Source of the DNA: Phycisphaerales bacterium
Lineage (GTDB): Bacteria; Planctomycetota; Phycisphaerae; SM23-33; FEN-1343
DNA length: 64,000 nucleotides
Direction of reading: 5' to 3'
Assembly: GCA_003171335.1 (NCBI GenBank)
Contig: PMYD01000082.1
Location: 2,518 to 66,517 of the forward strand
Positions within the stretch are counted from its first letter, which is position 1. Each line of letters begins with the position of its first letter. Below the pieces are notes generated by a model. The model did not search any database, was not told the origin of the DNA, and worked only from the letters and a program-made list of their open reading frames with translations. This document shows, piece by piece, positions 1 to 8,980 of the stretch. Made by a program: the position numbers and the translations under genes.

Positions 1-1423
1 GGTCGCGCAGGTGCACCGCCTCCCAACTGGCCACGTGGAAGCCCACGGCCCCTTTGACAAAGGTGAAGGCCGGCACGTACTTCTGGAGGCTGTACCAGCC
101 GATGTACAGCGCCGTGTCGGGGCACTCGTTGGGCTCGAACACCTCCGGTCGGTTGTCGACCTTCACGGGGATATTCGTATGCCGGCGGACCATATCGGCG
201 ATGCTCTGGAAGTGCTGGTTGTACTCGCTGGCGCCGTTGGGGCTGGCGCCGGCATCAATGTAGAACGTGCCGGCCATCTGGCCGCCGCCCGGCAGGCGGC
301 CGCACAGCCCGGTCTTCTCGGTGGCTATGGAGTCCAGGATCATCCGCATGACGTACTCGACCTTGGGCCCATCCAGCCGGCTGACCATGAGCGTCCGCCC
401 GCCGCCGGCCTGTTCCATGGCGGCGCGATTCTTCCGCTCCTGCCAGAACAGCGGGTTGCGCAGGTAGCCGTCGTAGTTATAGGGTTTCCACAGCAGCAGC
501 GCCAGCTCGCTATCCACGGCGGCCCGGCTGGTGGCGATGTTCTGGTTGCTGATCTGCGCGCTCACCTGCTGATTGAGGCCCCAGGCGCCTTTGACGGCCC
601 GGAAGGCCACCTCGAGGTCGGCCAGCGATTTAGGGGTGGGCGTGGCCCTCACCAGCATCTCGATCCGCCCGGCCTGATCCTTGAGCCGGCTTTCGATTTC
701 CGACGTGGGAGGATTGTCTTGGGCCGACGCCATGCGCATGGCGTCGGGCATGCCCTCCAGCCCAAAGGCGTCGTAGGCCAGGGCCAGCCACTGCCGGTGC
801 GCGAGGGTGGCTTCGGGGCCGGCGCCCAGGTGATGGATTTCCAGCAGCTTATTTTTGGCCAGCACCCAGAAGCGCTCCTGGTCGGCCGCATCGGCGGTGG
901 CCGGCGCGGTCGTCGGCGCCGGCGCGTCGAACCAGCGGCTGCGGTCGTACAGGTCGCCCGTGCTGGTGACCCGGGCGGGCGCCGGCTTGGTCACCAGTTC
1001 CATCAGCCGCAGGTCTTCCTGGAAGCGCGCGGCGCTGCGGGCGGCGGCGGCCTGGTACCAGTCCAGCAGGATCTGCGAATTGGGGTCGCGCGGCCGCTCC
1101 AGCACGCGGAAGGGCACGCCGCGAATGGTCAGCAGGCAGCGGACGTCGTCCCGGAGCTTGCGCTCCAGCAGCGCCTGGCGCAGCGGTTTGACCAGCAGGT
1201 TGTCGTATTCCTCGGGCGAAATGTCATCGGTGGTGGGCAGACTCAGGGCGACCAGGTTGTTTTCGGGCACGTGGCGCTTCGCGCAGTAAAACCGGCCCAG
1301 GGCCACGGATTCATCCAAGTTGCGATTCACCAGCACGACCACCTGGTTGGGCTCCAGCGCCCAGGCACAGGGGGCCAGTGTCAGCAGGAGCGCCGCGATG
1401 AGAATGACGGGAAGTCTGGACAT
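1..1423 (-). CDS. TIGR03790 family exported protein (3' end runs off the window; absent from the ORF track)
   Basis: Manual translation from ATG at 1423: signal peptide MSRLPVILIAALLLTLAPCAWA, then LEPNQVVVLVNRNLDESVALGRFYCAKRHVP...GVPFRV; at the window edge GAVGFHVASWEAVHLRD, typical of the family. Confidence 0.8.
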   Translation of the reverse strand, partial: MSRLPVILIAALLLTLAPCAWALEPNQVVVLVNRNLDESVALGRFYCAKRHVPENNLVALSLPTTDDISPEEYDNLLVKPLRQALLERKLRDDVRCLLTIRGVPFRVLERPRDPNSQILLDWYQAAAARSAARFQEDLRLMELVTKPAPARVTSTGDLYDRSRWFDAPAPTTAPATADAADQERFWVLAKNKLLEIHHLGAGPEATLAHRQWLALAYDAFGLEGMPDAMRMASAQDNPPTSEIESRLKDQAGRIEMLVRATPTPKSLADLEVAFRAVKGAWGLNQQVSAQISNQNIATSRAAVDSELALLLWKPYNYDGYLRNPLFWQERKNRAAMEQAGGGRTLMVSRLDGPKVEYVMRMILDSIATEKTGLCGRLPGGGQMAGTFYIDAGASPNGASEYNQHFQSIADMVRRHTNIPVKVDNRPEVFEPNECPDTALYIGWYSLQKYVPAFTFVKGAVGFHVASWEAVHLRD

Positions 1424-1569
1424 TTGACTCACTATTGTAAGGGTGCGTGGACTACATTCTTATCTTCGTCGGGCCCGGCAAAGGCGTTCACTATAAATTA
1501 GCCGCCGGGGGCTATCCGGGTACACAAAGAAAAGTGGAGGCGGGCGTTATCGCCGCGAAGAGCGAAGAC

Positions 1570-2298
1570 ATGTTCTGCCTGGGCATCGTGCCGGCGCGCG
1601 GCGGGTCCAAGGGCCTGCCGGGCAAGAACTTGATGCGCGTGGGCGGCAAAACGCTGGTCCGCCGGGCCGTCCAGGCCGGCCTGGCCAGCGGCTGCTGCTC
1701 GCTGCTGGTGTGCAGCACGGATGACCCGGCCATCGCCGCCGAGGCCCGCGCCGCCGGGGCCGAGGCGCCGTTTCTGCGGCCGGCAACCTTGTCCGGCGAT
1801 GAGGTGGGGGCGATCGACGTGATCCTGCACGCGCTGGAGCAGGTCGAGGCCCAGCGCGGCCGCCCGGTGGATGGGGTGATCCTGCTCCAGCCGACCAGCC
1901 CCCTGCGGACGGCGGCGGATGTGCGGGCGACAGTCGAGGCGATGCTCGCGGCCGACCCGCCCGCCGACAGCGCCGTCAGCCTGGTGGAGGCGACCGAGGC
2001 CCACCCCCTGTGGCTGCGCCGGGTCGAAGCGGGAATGGCCGTCCCTTATTTCGAATCGCCCGGCGAGCCGGCCCGGCGGCAGGACCTCGCCCTGCACGGC
2101 CGGCCGTACCGCCGCAACGGCGCGGTGTTCATCACCCGCCGCCAGGTGCTGCTGACCGAGCGGCAGGTCTTCGGCCGCCGCTGCGCCGCCTACATCATGC
2201 CGCCGCAGCGCAGCATCGATATCGACAGCCCCTTCGACCTGGTGTGCGCCCAGGCGCTCTGGGAGCACCTGACCCAAAGCGGCCAGCCCACGGAATGA
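1570..2298 (+). CDS. neuA: Acylneuraminate cytidylyltransferase (CMP-NeuAc synthetase family)
   Basis: IVPARGGSKGLPGKN, STDD, LQPTSPLR, RRQD, NGAVF, SIDIDSPFD motifs. Confidence 0.9.
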   Translation: MFCLGIVPARGGSKGLPGKNLMRVGGKTLVRRAVQAGLASGCCSLLVCSTDDPAIAAEARAAGAEAPFLRPATLSGDEVGAIDVILHALEQVEAQRGRPVDGVILLQPTSPLRTAADVRATVEAMLAADPPADSAVSLVEATEAHPLWLRRVEAGMAVPYFESPGEPARRQDLALHGRPYRRNGAVFITRRQVLLTERQVFGRRCAAYIMPPQRSIDIDSPFDLVCAQALWEHLTQSGQPTE

Positions 2299-2393
2299 AG
2301 GTCGCGGCTGAATGAGAGCGCGGCGGGCGGAAAATCGGCATCAATAGCTCGTCAATGGGGGGTTTCTAACATCTTTTCCCGCCGCTGGCTATC

Positions 2394-2421
2394 TTGCTCA
2401 TCCGGGCGTCCACCGTATAAT
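2394..2421 (+). promoter_or_regulatory. Putative sigma70 promoter for the NifU gene
   Basis: TTGCTC-N16-TATAAT about 50 bp upstream of the ATG. Confidence 0.45.
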
Positions 2422-2470
2422 TGATTTGAGGTGATTGAAGAGCACGTGAAGAACTGTTTGGGAGAGTGAA

Positions 2471-2725
2471 ATGTCCGAGCCGTCAACAACTCCTTCGCTG
2501 ACCGAACGCATTACTGGACACGTTGAGACGTTGCGCCGCTACGTGCAGGCTGACGGCGGAGACATTGAGTTGGTCAAGGTGGACGAAGGCACCGGGGTCG
2601 TGAGCATCCGCCTCCAAGGCGCGTGCCGCGGCTGCCCCGGTGCGGCCATGACGTTGAAGATGGGCATCGAGCGGGCCCTGCGGGAACGCGAGCCCGCCGT
2701 GAAGGAAGTGGTCGCCGTCAGGTAA
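2471..2725 (+). CDS. NifU-domain (NfuA C-terminal-like) Fe-S carrier protein
   Basis: DGGDIELV..LQGACRGCP..TLKMGIE. Confidence 0.9.
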   Translation: MSEPSTTPSLTERITGHVETLRRYVQADGGDIELVKVDEGTGVVSIRLQGACRGCPGAAMTLKMGIERALREREPAVKEVVAVR

Positions 2726-2904
2726 CGCAATCGCGATAAGCTCAGCGGAGACTGACCCCGCCTCGAAGGCCAGGTCGGCCTTAACTCTGAAGATCAAAGT
2801 CGCGGTGGGCCGTCTCTGCTGAGCGTGATTCGAAGAGGACGAATGGCGAAATGCCATTCGTCCTCGCTTTTTTGCCCTCTGTCCTTTCTTACTCCCACCA
2901 AGAC

Positions 2905-3000
2905 GAACACAAAGAGCACAAAGACCACAAAGATCACGAAGCAAGAGACAAAGTATTTCTTGCCTTCTTTGTGCCCTTCGTGATCTTTGTGCTCTTTGTG
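2905..3000. repeat. CACAAAG-family (9-bp period) inverted repeat element
   Basis: Left arm GAACACAAAGAGCACAAAGACCACAAAGATCACGAAG with reverse-complement right arm; further copies at ~8806, 16359, 22103, 58477. Confidence 0.85.
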
Positions 3001-3028
3001 ACCTCTTGCGGCTCTGGAGAAAGCAAGC

Positions 3029-4861
3029 ATGTCCAATCCGCTGGCGCTGATGATCCCCCCGCGAAAGCGGCGCCAAACCCCGGGCCGATGGCGGCTGCCC
3101 GCCGACATCCGGGTGGCCTGCGAAGAGCCCCAGGACCGGCTGGGCGCTGAGAAGACGGCTGCCCTGCTGCGGCAGATGGGACATCGCGTGCGGCTGACGG
3201 CCGGCGACGCCGCGGAGATACAGATCCGGCGCAACATGGGAGTTTCCCACGCCGAAGGCTATCGCCTCACCGTCAATCCGGCCGGCGTCCATATCGCCGC
3301 CCGCACCGCCGCCGGTGCATTTTACGGATTGGCCACGCTGCGCGAGCTGCTGCGGTTGCATGGTGCGGCCCTCCCCTGCTGCCGGATCGAGGATGAGCCG
3401 TTCTTCGCCCGCCGCGGCGTGTACCACGACTGCTCGCGCGGCAAGGTGCCGCGGCTCTCGACGCTCAAGGAGTTGGTCGACCGCCTGGCCGAGTGGAAGA
3501 TCAACGAGCTCCAGCTTTATATCGAAAACACCTTCCGCTTCGCCCGCCACCCGGCGGTGTGGGCGGGCCAGTCGCCGCTGACGCCGGCGGAGATTTCCTC
3601 GCTCCAGGAGTACTGCCGCGGCCGGCATATCCGGCTGGTCGGCAGCCTGGCGAGCTTTGGCCACATGGAACATATTCTCGCCCTGGAGGCCTACGCCCAC
3701 CTGGCGGAGCTGCCGCACGGCTCCACGCTGTGCCCGCTGCTGCCGGAGAGTTTGGCGCTGGTGGCCGAGTTGTTCGCGGAATTCGTGCCGCTTTTCGAGG
3801 CCCGCGATTTCAACATCTGCGGCGATGAGACCGTCGACCTGGGGGCCGGCCGCTCGGCCAAAACCTGCCGCCGCCGCGGCACCGGGCGGGTGTACCTGGA
3901 GTTCCTGCTCAAGCTCGATCGGCTCTGCCGCCGGCACGCCAAGCGCACCAACGCCTGGGCGGATATCGTGCTCAAGCACCCCGAGCTGCTGAAGGAGTTG
4001 CCGCACGATTTGGTAATGCTCCACTGGGGCTACGAGGCCGGCGGCAAGCAGGTGGGCCAGACGCGGGCCATCGCCGAATCGGGCCTGCCGTTTGTCATGT
4101 GCCCGGGCACCAGCACCTGGCAGACGTTGGGCGGCCGCTGGCCCAACGCGCGCCAGAACATTCGCGAATTCGCCCAGGCCGGCAAGCAATTGGGCGCCGA
4201 AGGGCTGCTCAATACCGACTGGGGCGATTACGGACACCGGCAGTTCCTGGCCATCAGCCTGCTGCCCCTGGCCTTCGGCGCGGCCGAAAGCTGGAACCCC
4301 GGTGCGGCGGATGGCGCGGCCTTCCCGCGCTCGTTCGCGGCCGCCTTTTTCGGGGAGCGCTCGGGCCGGCTGGCCCGGGCGATTGAGGCCCTGGGGCAAG
4401 CGTATCTCCGGCACGGAATTATTCAGTCCAACCGCGACCCGCTGTACCACAACATCGCCGAGCGGCTGGGCGGGCAGGAGGTTTATCCCACCTGGCGGAC
4501 CATCGATCGCATCACCCCCGAAGGCCAGGCGGCCCTGCTCGACAGCCTGCCGGCCCCGGCCACCTGGCGCCAGCCGGCGGATGGGTCCTTTGAGGCCCTG
4601 GCGCTGGAGGAGTACGCCGCCTCGGGGCGGCTCATCGAGCTGTACTGCCGGCGCGCCGCCGCCGGCTGGAAACTGGGCCTGGGACAGCCGGTTCCCAAGG
4701 CGGAGCTTCTTGCCCTGGCGGATCAGACTGACGACATGGCCGGTGAATTTGCCCGCCTGTGGCACGCCCGCAACAAACCCTCGCGGCTGGCCGACAACCT
4801 GCGGCTCTTCCGGCGTGCGGCGGCCCAGGCCCGCCACCTGGCGCGCGGCCGGAGCAGATAG
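3029..4861 (+). CDS. Glycoside hydrolase family 20-like beta-N-acetylhexosaminidase
   Basis: GH20b N-domain (EGYRLTV..GAFYGLATLRELL), RRGVYHDCSRGKVP, catalytic GDET, WADI, TDWGDYGH. Confidence 0.85.
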   Translation: MSNPLALMIPPRKRRQTPGRWRLPADIRVACEEPQDRLGAEKTAALLRQMGHRVRLTAGDAAEIQIRRNMGVSHAEGYRLTVNPAGVHIAARTAAGAFYGLATLRELLRLHGAALPCCRIEDEPFFARRGVYHDCSRGKVPRLSTLKELVDRLAEWKINELQLYIENTFRFARHPAVWAGQSPLTPAEISSLQEYCRGRHIRLVGSLASFGHMEHILALEAYAHLAELPHGSTLCPLLPESLALVAELFAEFVPLFEARDFNICGDETVDLGAGRSAKTCRRRGTGRVYLEFLLKLDRLCRRHAKRTNAWADIVLKHPELLKELPHDLVMLHWGYEAGGKQVGQTRAIAESGLPFVMCPGTSTWQTLGGRWPNARQNIREFAQAGKQLGAEGLLNTDWGDYGHRQFLAISLLPLAFGAAESWNPGAADGAAFPRSFAAAFFGERSGRLARAIEALGQAYLRHGIIQSNRDPLYHNIAERLGGQEVYPTWRTIDRITPEGQAALLDSLPAPATWRQPADGSFEALALEEYAASGRLIELYCRRAAAGWKLGLGQPVPKAELLALADQTDDMAGEFARLWHARNKPSRLADNLRLFRRAAAQARHLARGRSR

Positions 4862-4886
4862 TGGCTTAGTGGTGGCTCCCGCTTTG

Positions 4887-5010
4887 GGTGCCACGGGTGT
4901 CCGCACCCGTGCGCTGTGCACTGCGCCAAAGATTATGGTCCCGCGGGTTCCACCGAACCTTCGTTCCGCCCGGGCAGCTCCAGCGCACGGCTGCAGACAG
5001 CCGTGGCACC
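4887..5010. repeat. REP-like inverted pair GGTGCCACGG...CCGTGGCACC
   Basis: Two short hairpins in inverted orientation; ends resemble those of the 5797 and 37323 elements. Confidence 0.6.
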
Positions 5011-5095
5011 GGGAATGCTGTCGCACCAGCCGACTTTCGCCCGCTTTTCGATTTGCCGCTTGCCGCGCGGCCGGCGGGTGGCAATCATTCTGCAG

Positions 5096-5782
5096 ATGCT
5101 TTCTCGACCCGTATCCATCGCGCTGGAGACCACGTGCCGCGAGGGCGGCGTGGCCCTGGGTAGCGGCGATGAATTGGTGACCGTGCTGCCGTTCGACGCC
5201 GCCCGGCGCGCCGCCACGCAGGTCGTGGCGCGGCTGGATGAGTTGATGCGCAGCGCGGGTCTGCGCCCGGTGGACATCGACGAAATCTACATCTCCTGCG
5301 GCCCGGGCAGTTACACGGGCACGCGCGTGGGCGTCACCGCCGCCCGCACGCTGGTGCAGGCCGTCGGCTGCAAGTGCATCGGCGTGCCGACCGTCGAGGC
5401 CGTGGCGGCCAATGTCTCCGCCGACGGCATTGAGCATCTGGCCGTGGTCCTCGATGCCCGCCGCGGCCTGATCTACACCGCCCGCTTCCAGCCGGCCGCC
5501 GAGGGCTGGCTGCAGGTCACCGCCGGCCAGACGGTGATGCCCCAGGTGCTGCTGGCCGAGGCGCCGCGCCCGCTGCACGTGGTGGGCGAGGGTTTGGGCT
5601 ACTGTCCCGTTGAAGGGCCAGGGGTCGTCGCGGTGGATCGCGCGCTGTGGCTGCCGACGGCGCAGGGCGTCTGGGCCATCGGCCGCCGGCTGTCGCGCCG
5701 GAGGCAATTCACCGAGCCGATGCAGCTTCGGCCCATCTACACGGGTCTGCCCGAGGCCGTGCGCAAGTGGGATAAGGCGTAG
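5096..5782 (+). CDS. tsaB: tRNA threonylcarbamoyladenosine biosynthesis protein TsaB
   Basis: IALETT, GPGSYTGTRVG, LDARRG, LRPIY. Confidence 0.9.
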   Translation: MLSRPVSIALETTCREGGVALGSGDELVTVLPFDAARRAATQVVARLDELMRSAGLRPVDIDEIYISCGPGSYTGTRVGVTAARTLVQAVGCKCIGVPTVEAVAANVSADGIEHLAVVLDARRGLIYTARFQPAAEGWLQVTAGQTVMPQVLLAEAPRPLHVVGEGLGYCPVEGPGVVAVDRALWLPTAQGVWAIGRRLSRRRQFTEPMQLRPIYTGLPEAVRKWDKA

Positions 5783-5796
5783 CGAAGGTTATTGCT

Positions 5797-5959
5797 GGGT
5801 GCCATGGAGGATTTTGCCTGGGTGCCGTGGCTGCGTTCTTCTGCAGCCACGTGTCACCGAAAAGATGCACCCGCTGCACCCGACTTGGCAAGCTCGTTCC
5901 GATAACGCGTGGCTGCGAAAAGATGCAGCCACGGCACCCGGCTTTTCTCCACGGCACCG
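5797..5959. repeat. REP-like element GGGTGCCGTGGCTGC...GCAGCCACG (inverted pair)
   Basis: Near-identical element at 37323-37469. Confidence 0.8.
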
Positions 5960-5967
5960 GGTTCTTT

Positions 5968-6684
5968 CTACCGCAGCAGCCGCCACGCCACCGCGGGTAT
6001 AAGCCCCAGCGCCCCCAGCACGATGCCCAGGATCGGCTGCCAGCGCGTGGGCGAGGTGGGAGGCGCCGGCTGGCGGAAGGACAGGATGCCGAAGATGATC
6101 GCCAGCACCGGCGGCACCACCGTGATGCCGGCCGGCACGCTGATGATGCCCAGGACCAGGCTGGCCAGGCCGAAGTTGCCGGTGGATTGCGGCGGCGGCC
6201 CCTGCTCGGCCCCTTCCAGCGTGAAGGGGGCAGCGCACCGGGCGCAGTTGTTGCGCGTCACCTCGTTGACATGCCCGCAGCGCGGGCACTGGATCGCCTG
6301 CCGGTCATCCGCGAGGCGCAGGATCTTGGGCGCCCGCTGGCCGGCCGCGGCGTAGGCGTGCACCGGCTGGGCGTACTCCTCTTCCGGCGGCGTGCCGCCG
6401 GTGCGGACGGTCTGGGCGTTGGGCGGCGGCACGTGGAACTCGGCCGCACACGTGGGGCACTGGCCCACCTGGCCCACCATGCCCGTATAGGCCTCCAGCC
6501 GGCAGTTGCACTGGCTGCAGCGGAAGGAGAAGACCTTGCCTAGCGGGATCGAGGTGTCGCGCTCGGCGGGGTTGGCCACGGAAAAGCTGGTCTGGCAATG
6601 CGGGCAGCGGGTGGGATGGCCCACCTGCACGGCCATGATGCCGATATTTGCCCGGCACTTGGGGCAAGTGACCTGGTAATCCAT
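5968..6684 (-). CDS. Multi zinc-ribbon membrane protein (DUF4190-like C-terminus)
   Basis: Six CxxC motifs followed by ASLVLGIIS...LAIIFG transmembrane helices. Confidence 0.7.
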   Translation of the reverse strand: MDYQVTCPKCRANIGIMAVQVGHPTRCPHCQTSFSVANPAERDTSIPLGKVFSFRCSQCNCRLEAYTGMVGQVGQCPTCAAEFHVPPPNAQTVRTGGTPPEEEYAQPVHAYAAAGQRAPKILRLADDRQAIQCPRCGHVNEVTRNNCARCAAPFTLEGAEQGPPPQSTGNFGLASLVLGIISVPAGITVVPPVLAIIFGILSFRQPAPPTSPTRWQPILGIVLGALGLIPAVAWRLLR

Positions 6685-6768
6685 GCCCGCCGCTCCCTGC
6701 CATTTTCACGTTGCTGGAAGATAGCACACCGGCCCAGTCGCGTAAAGGAACCGGCCGTCGGGCGGCGG

Positions 6769-6922
6769 CGTGGCACGGGCGTCTCGCCCGTGAGTGGCAC
6801 GGCCATCTTGGCCGTGATCCGGCCGTTTCTTGCGGCGTGGCACGGGCGTCTCGCCCGTGATCCGGGCGTTTCTTGCTGCGCGCCACGGGCGAGACGCCCA
6901 TGCCACGTTTTCATACACGTTC
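6769..6922. repeat. REP cluster CACGGGCGAGACGCCCGTG / CACGGCCATCTTGGCCGTG
   Basis: Same hairpins at 32200-32322 and 63256-63392. Confidence 0.85.
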
Positions 6923-7020
6923 TTACACTTATTTCGCACGCCCAAAATGCGAGCCTTGTCAATTCTCCCACCCTGGGCCATAATGCACTTGCCGATCCGC
7001 AGGACCCTCATCTCGAAAAG

Positions 7021-7975
7021 GATGACCGACATGACGGCACGCATGGGTTGCTTGGCTGGGCCGGCCGTGTACCGCCTCCGGCAGCAGGGCACGTTCCGCA
7101 CGCGGCCGCTGGGCCCGCGGCAAACGCCCTTTGGGCCCAGCGAGATGGTCTTTGAGGTCCACGATGAGGTCTCGCCCTTCTATCTCATCTGCCCGCACGG
7201 GACCGAGGGCTACCAGCGCTCCGACAGCTTCGTCAACCACCGCGCCAACCTGTACGCCTTCAAGGATCTAGGCATCGAGACCGTGCTGGGCTTCACCGCC
7301 GCCGGCGCGGTCAGCCATAACTACGACATCGGCGACCTGGTGCTGCTGTCCGACGTGATCGACCAGACGACCCGCCGCGCCAACACCTTCTTCGAGGGCC
7401 AGGGCGTGGGCGTGCTGCGCCAGTTCCCCGTGTTTTGCCCCGACATGCAGAAGCTCATGGCCGAAAACCTCGCCGAGATGCGCTGCCGGCATCACGAGGG
7501 CGGCACGCTGGTGGTTACCGAGGGCCCGCGCCTGGAGACGGCGGCCGAGGTGCGCTTCTTCGCCGCCGCCGGGGGCCAGTTGGTCTCGCACGCCCTGGCG
7601 CCGGATGTCTTTCTGGCCAAGGAGCTGGAGCTGTGCTTCGGCGGCATCGTGTATGTCGCCAACTTCGCCGAGACCGGCAGCAGCTATCGGCCGTACTCGG
7701 CCGAAAACCTTTTTGGCGGCGCCCCGGTGAGCGATCAGAGCCGCCTGGAGCGCGCGGTGGACCTGCTGGGCGAGCTGATCCGGCGGGTGAGCCGGCTGCT
7801 GCCGCGGGAAAACGCCGATTGCCCCTGCAGCCTGCCCATGCGCGACCGGGCCCAGCGCTTCGACCTGCCGGCCGACTGGCGGCTGCGCTTTGGCAGCCGC
7901 CCCCACCCGCCGATGATGGGCGGCTGGTGCCCCACCTGCGAGGTCAATATTCCGCGGCCCAGCGTGAAAGCGTAA
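7021..7975 (+). CDS. MTAP/purine nucleoside phosphorylase family protein
   Basis: TPFGPS, VNHRANLYAFKDLG, IDQTTRR.TFF, TEGPRLETAAE, LAKELELC; start may be 7030. Confidence 0.8.
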
Positions 7976-7977
7976 AG

Positions 7978-8003
7978 GCCACAGGCTGAAAGCCTGTGCC
8001 ACC
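7978..8003. repeat. REP CCACAGGCTGAAAGCCTGTGCCACC
   Basis: Copies at 10819-10842 and three inside the amidohydrolase gene (17324-17429). Confidence 0.8.
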
Positions 8004-8007
8004 TGGT

Positions 8008-8781
8008 TCACGCCGGGCCGCCCAGGCCCAGGATCTCCCCGTCGTTGCGCGGGGCGATGGTGGCGCCGGGCGGGACGATCAGAAAATCCTCATCCCACGG
8101 GCCTTCGAAGAGCTTGCGCAATAGCGACCAGTCCCCGCGGCGGCGCTCGAATTCCCAGCCGCGCTCGGCCGCACGGGCCTGGGAAGTGCGGATCAGTTCC
8201 GACTCATCCAGGGTGCCCATCTCGATGTAGCACACGCGGCGGTAGTTCTGCAGCCCATCGCCCAGCGTCTCCAGGATGAACTGGGCGTTCTCCGCGCCGT
8301 ACTGCTCGGTCAGCTCCGCCAGGCTGCGGCCCAGGCCCAGGCGGTCGTTGACGCCCTGGCGGCCGGGGATGCGCGGGTTGTTCCGCTCCACCCAGCCGGA
8401 GGTGTGGAAATAGGTGCCCACGTGGGCGTCGAAATACTCCTGGTATGCCCGCCGGCTGCCGAAGAACAGCGTGATGCAGTCGTGCGCCTTGGGGATGACC
8501 AGCGGAATGGACCGGGCCTGTAAACCCACCACGCCATCGCTGCACCGGGCGTAGCCCAGCAGGATGGCCTTATAGGGCCGGTCGCCCTGGGCGCCGGCGG
8601 CGACGTCGATCACACGCTGCAGGTCGGCCCGCATTTCGGCGGTGGGCAGGTCGTGCAGGCCTTTTTGGAGGAATTCCACATCCACCTGGTGGCGGCTGGC
8701 CGCCGCCAGCGAGCAGGCCTCGCGATACAGCACCTCGCAGCCGATGAACTTCAGCTTGTCGCCGGGGGTCACTTCAATCAT
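8008..8781 (-). CDS. DUF1638 domain protein
   Basis: IGCEVLYRE, GLHDLP, ILLGYARC, HDCITLFFG, GW. Confidence 0.85.
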   Translation of the reverse strand: MIEVTPGDKLKFIGCEVLYREACSLAAASRHQVDVEFLQKGLHDLPTAEMRADLQRVIDVAAGAQGDRPYKAILLGYARCSDGVVGLQARSIPLVIPKAHDCITLFFGSRRAYQEYFDAHVGTYFHTSGWVERNNPRIPGRQGVNDRLGLGRSLAELTEQYGAENAQFILETLGDGLQNYRRVCYIEMGTLDESELIRTSQARAAERGWEFERRRGDWSLLRKLFEGPWDEDFLIVPPGATIAPRNDGEILGLGGPA

Positions 8782-8805
8782 CAGTTTCTGGCTTTAAACG
8801 AAGAG

Positions 8806-8960
8806 GACACGAAGAGCACAAAGACCACAAAGATCACAAAGGAAACAAAGCGTGAAGAATGCAGAGCCAAAACGAGAATATAAGCTGCTGTTTTCCCCGC
8901 CTTTTACTTTTCCTTCTTCTTCCCTTCGTGTTCTTCGTGATCTTTGTGGTCTTTGTGTTC
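8806..8960. repeat. CACAAAG-family inverted repeat element
   Basis: Arms match the 2905-3000 element. Confidence 0.85.
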
Positions 8961-8980
8961 TGCCTTGTGTCAAACTTGAC

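Noticed and set aside
11-1501. 496-aa plus-strand ORF
   Set aside because: Antisense shadow of the TIGR03790 gene
2483-5707. 1074-aa minus-strand ORF (likewise 8852-10741, 29880-31691, 48690-50399, 53685-55100, 60359-61963)
   Set aside because: Antisense shadows of recognisable genes in high-GC DNA; no motifs
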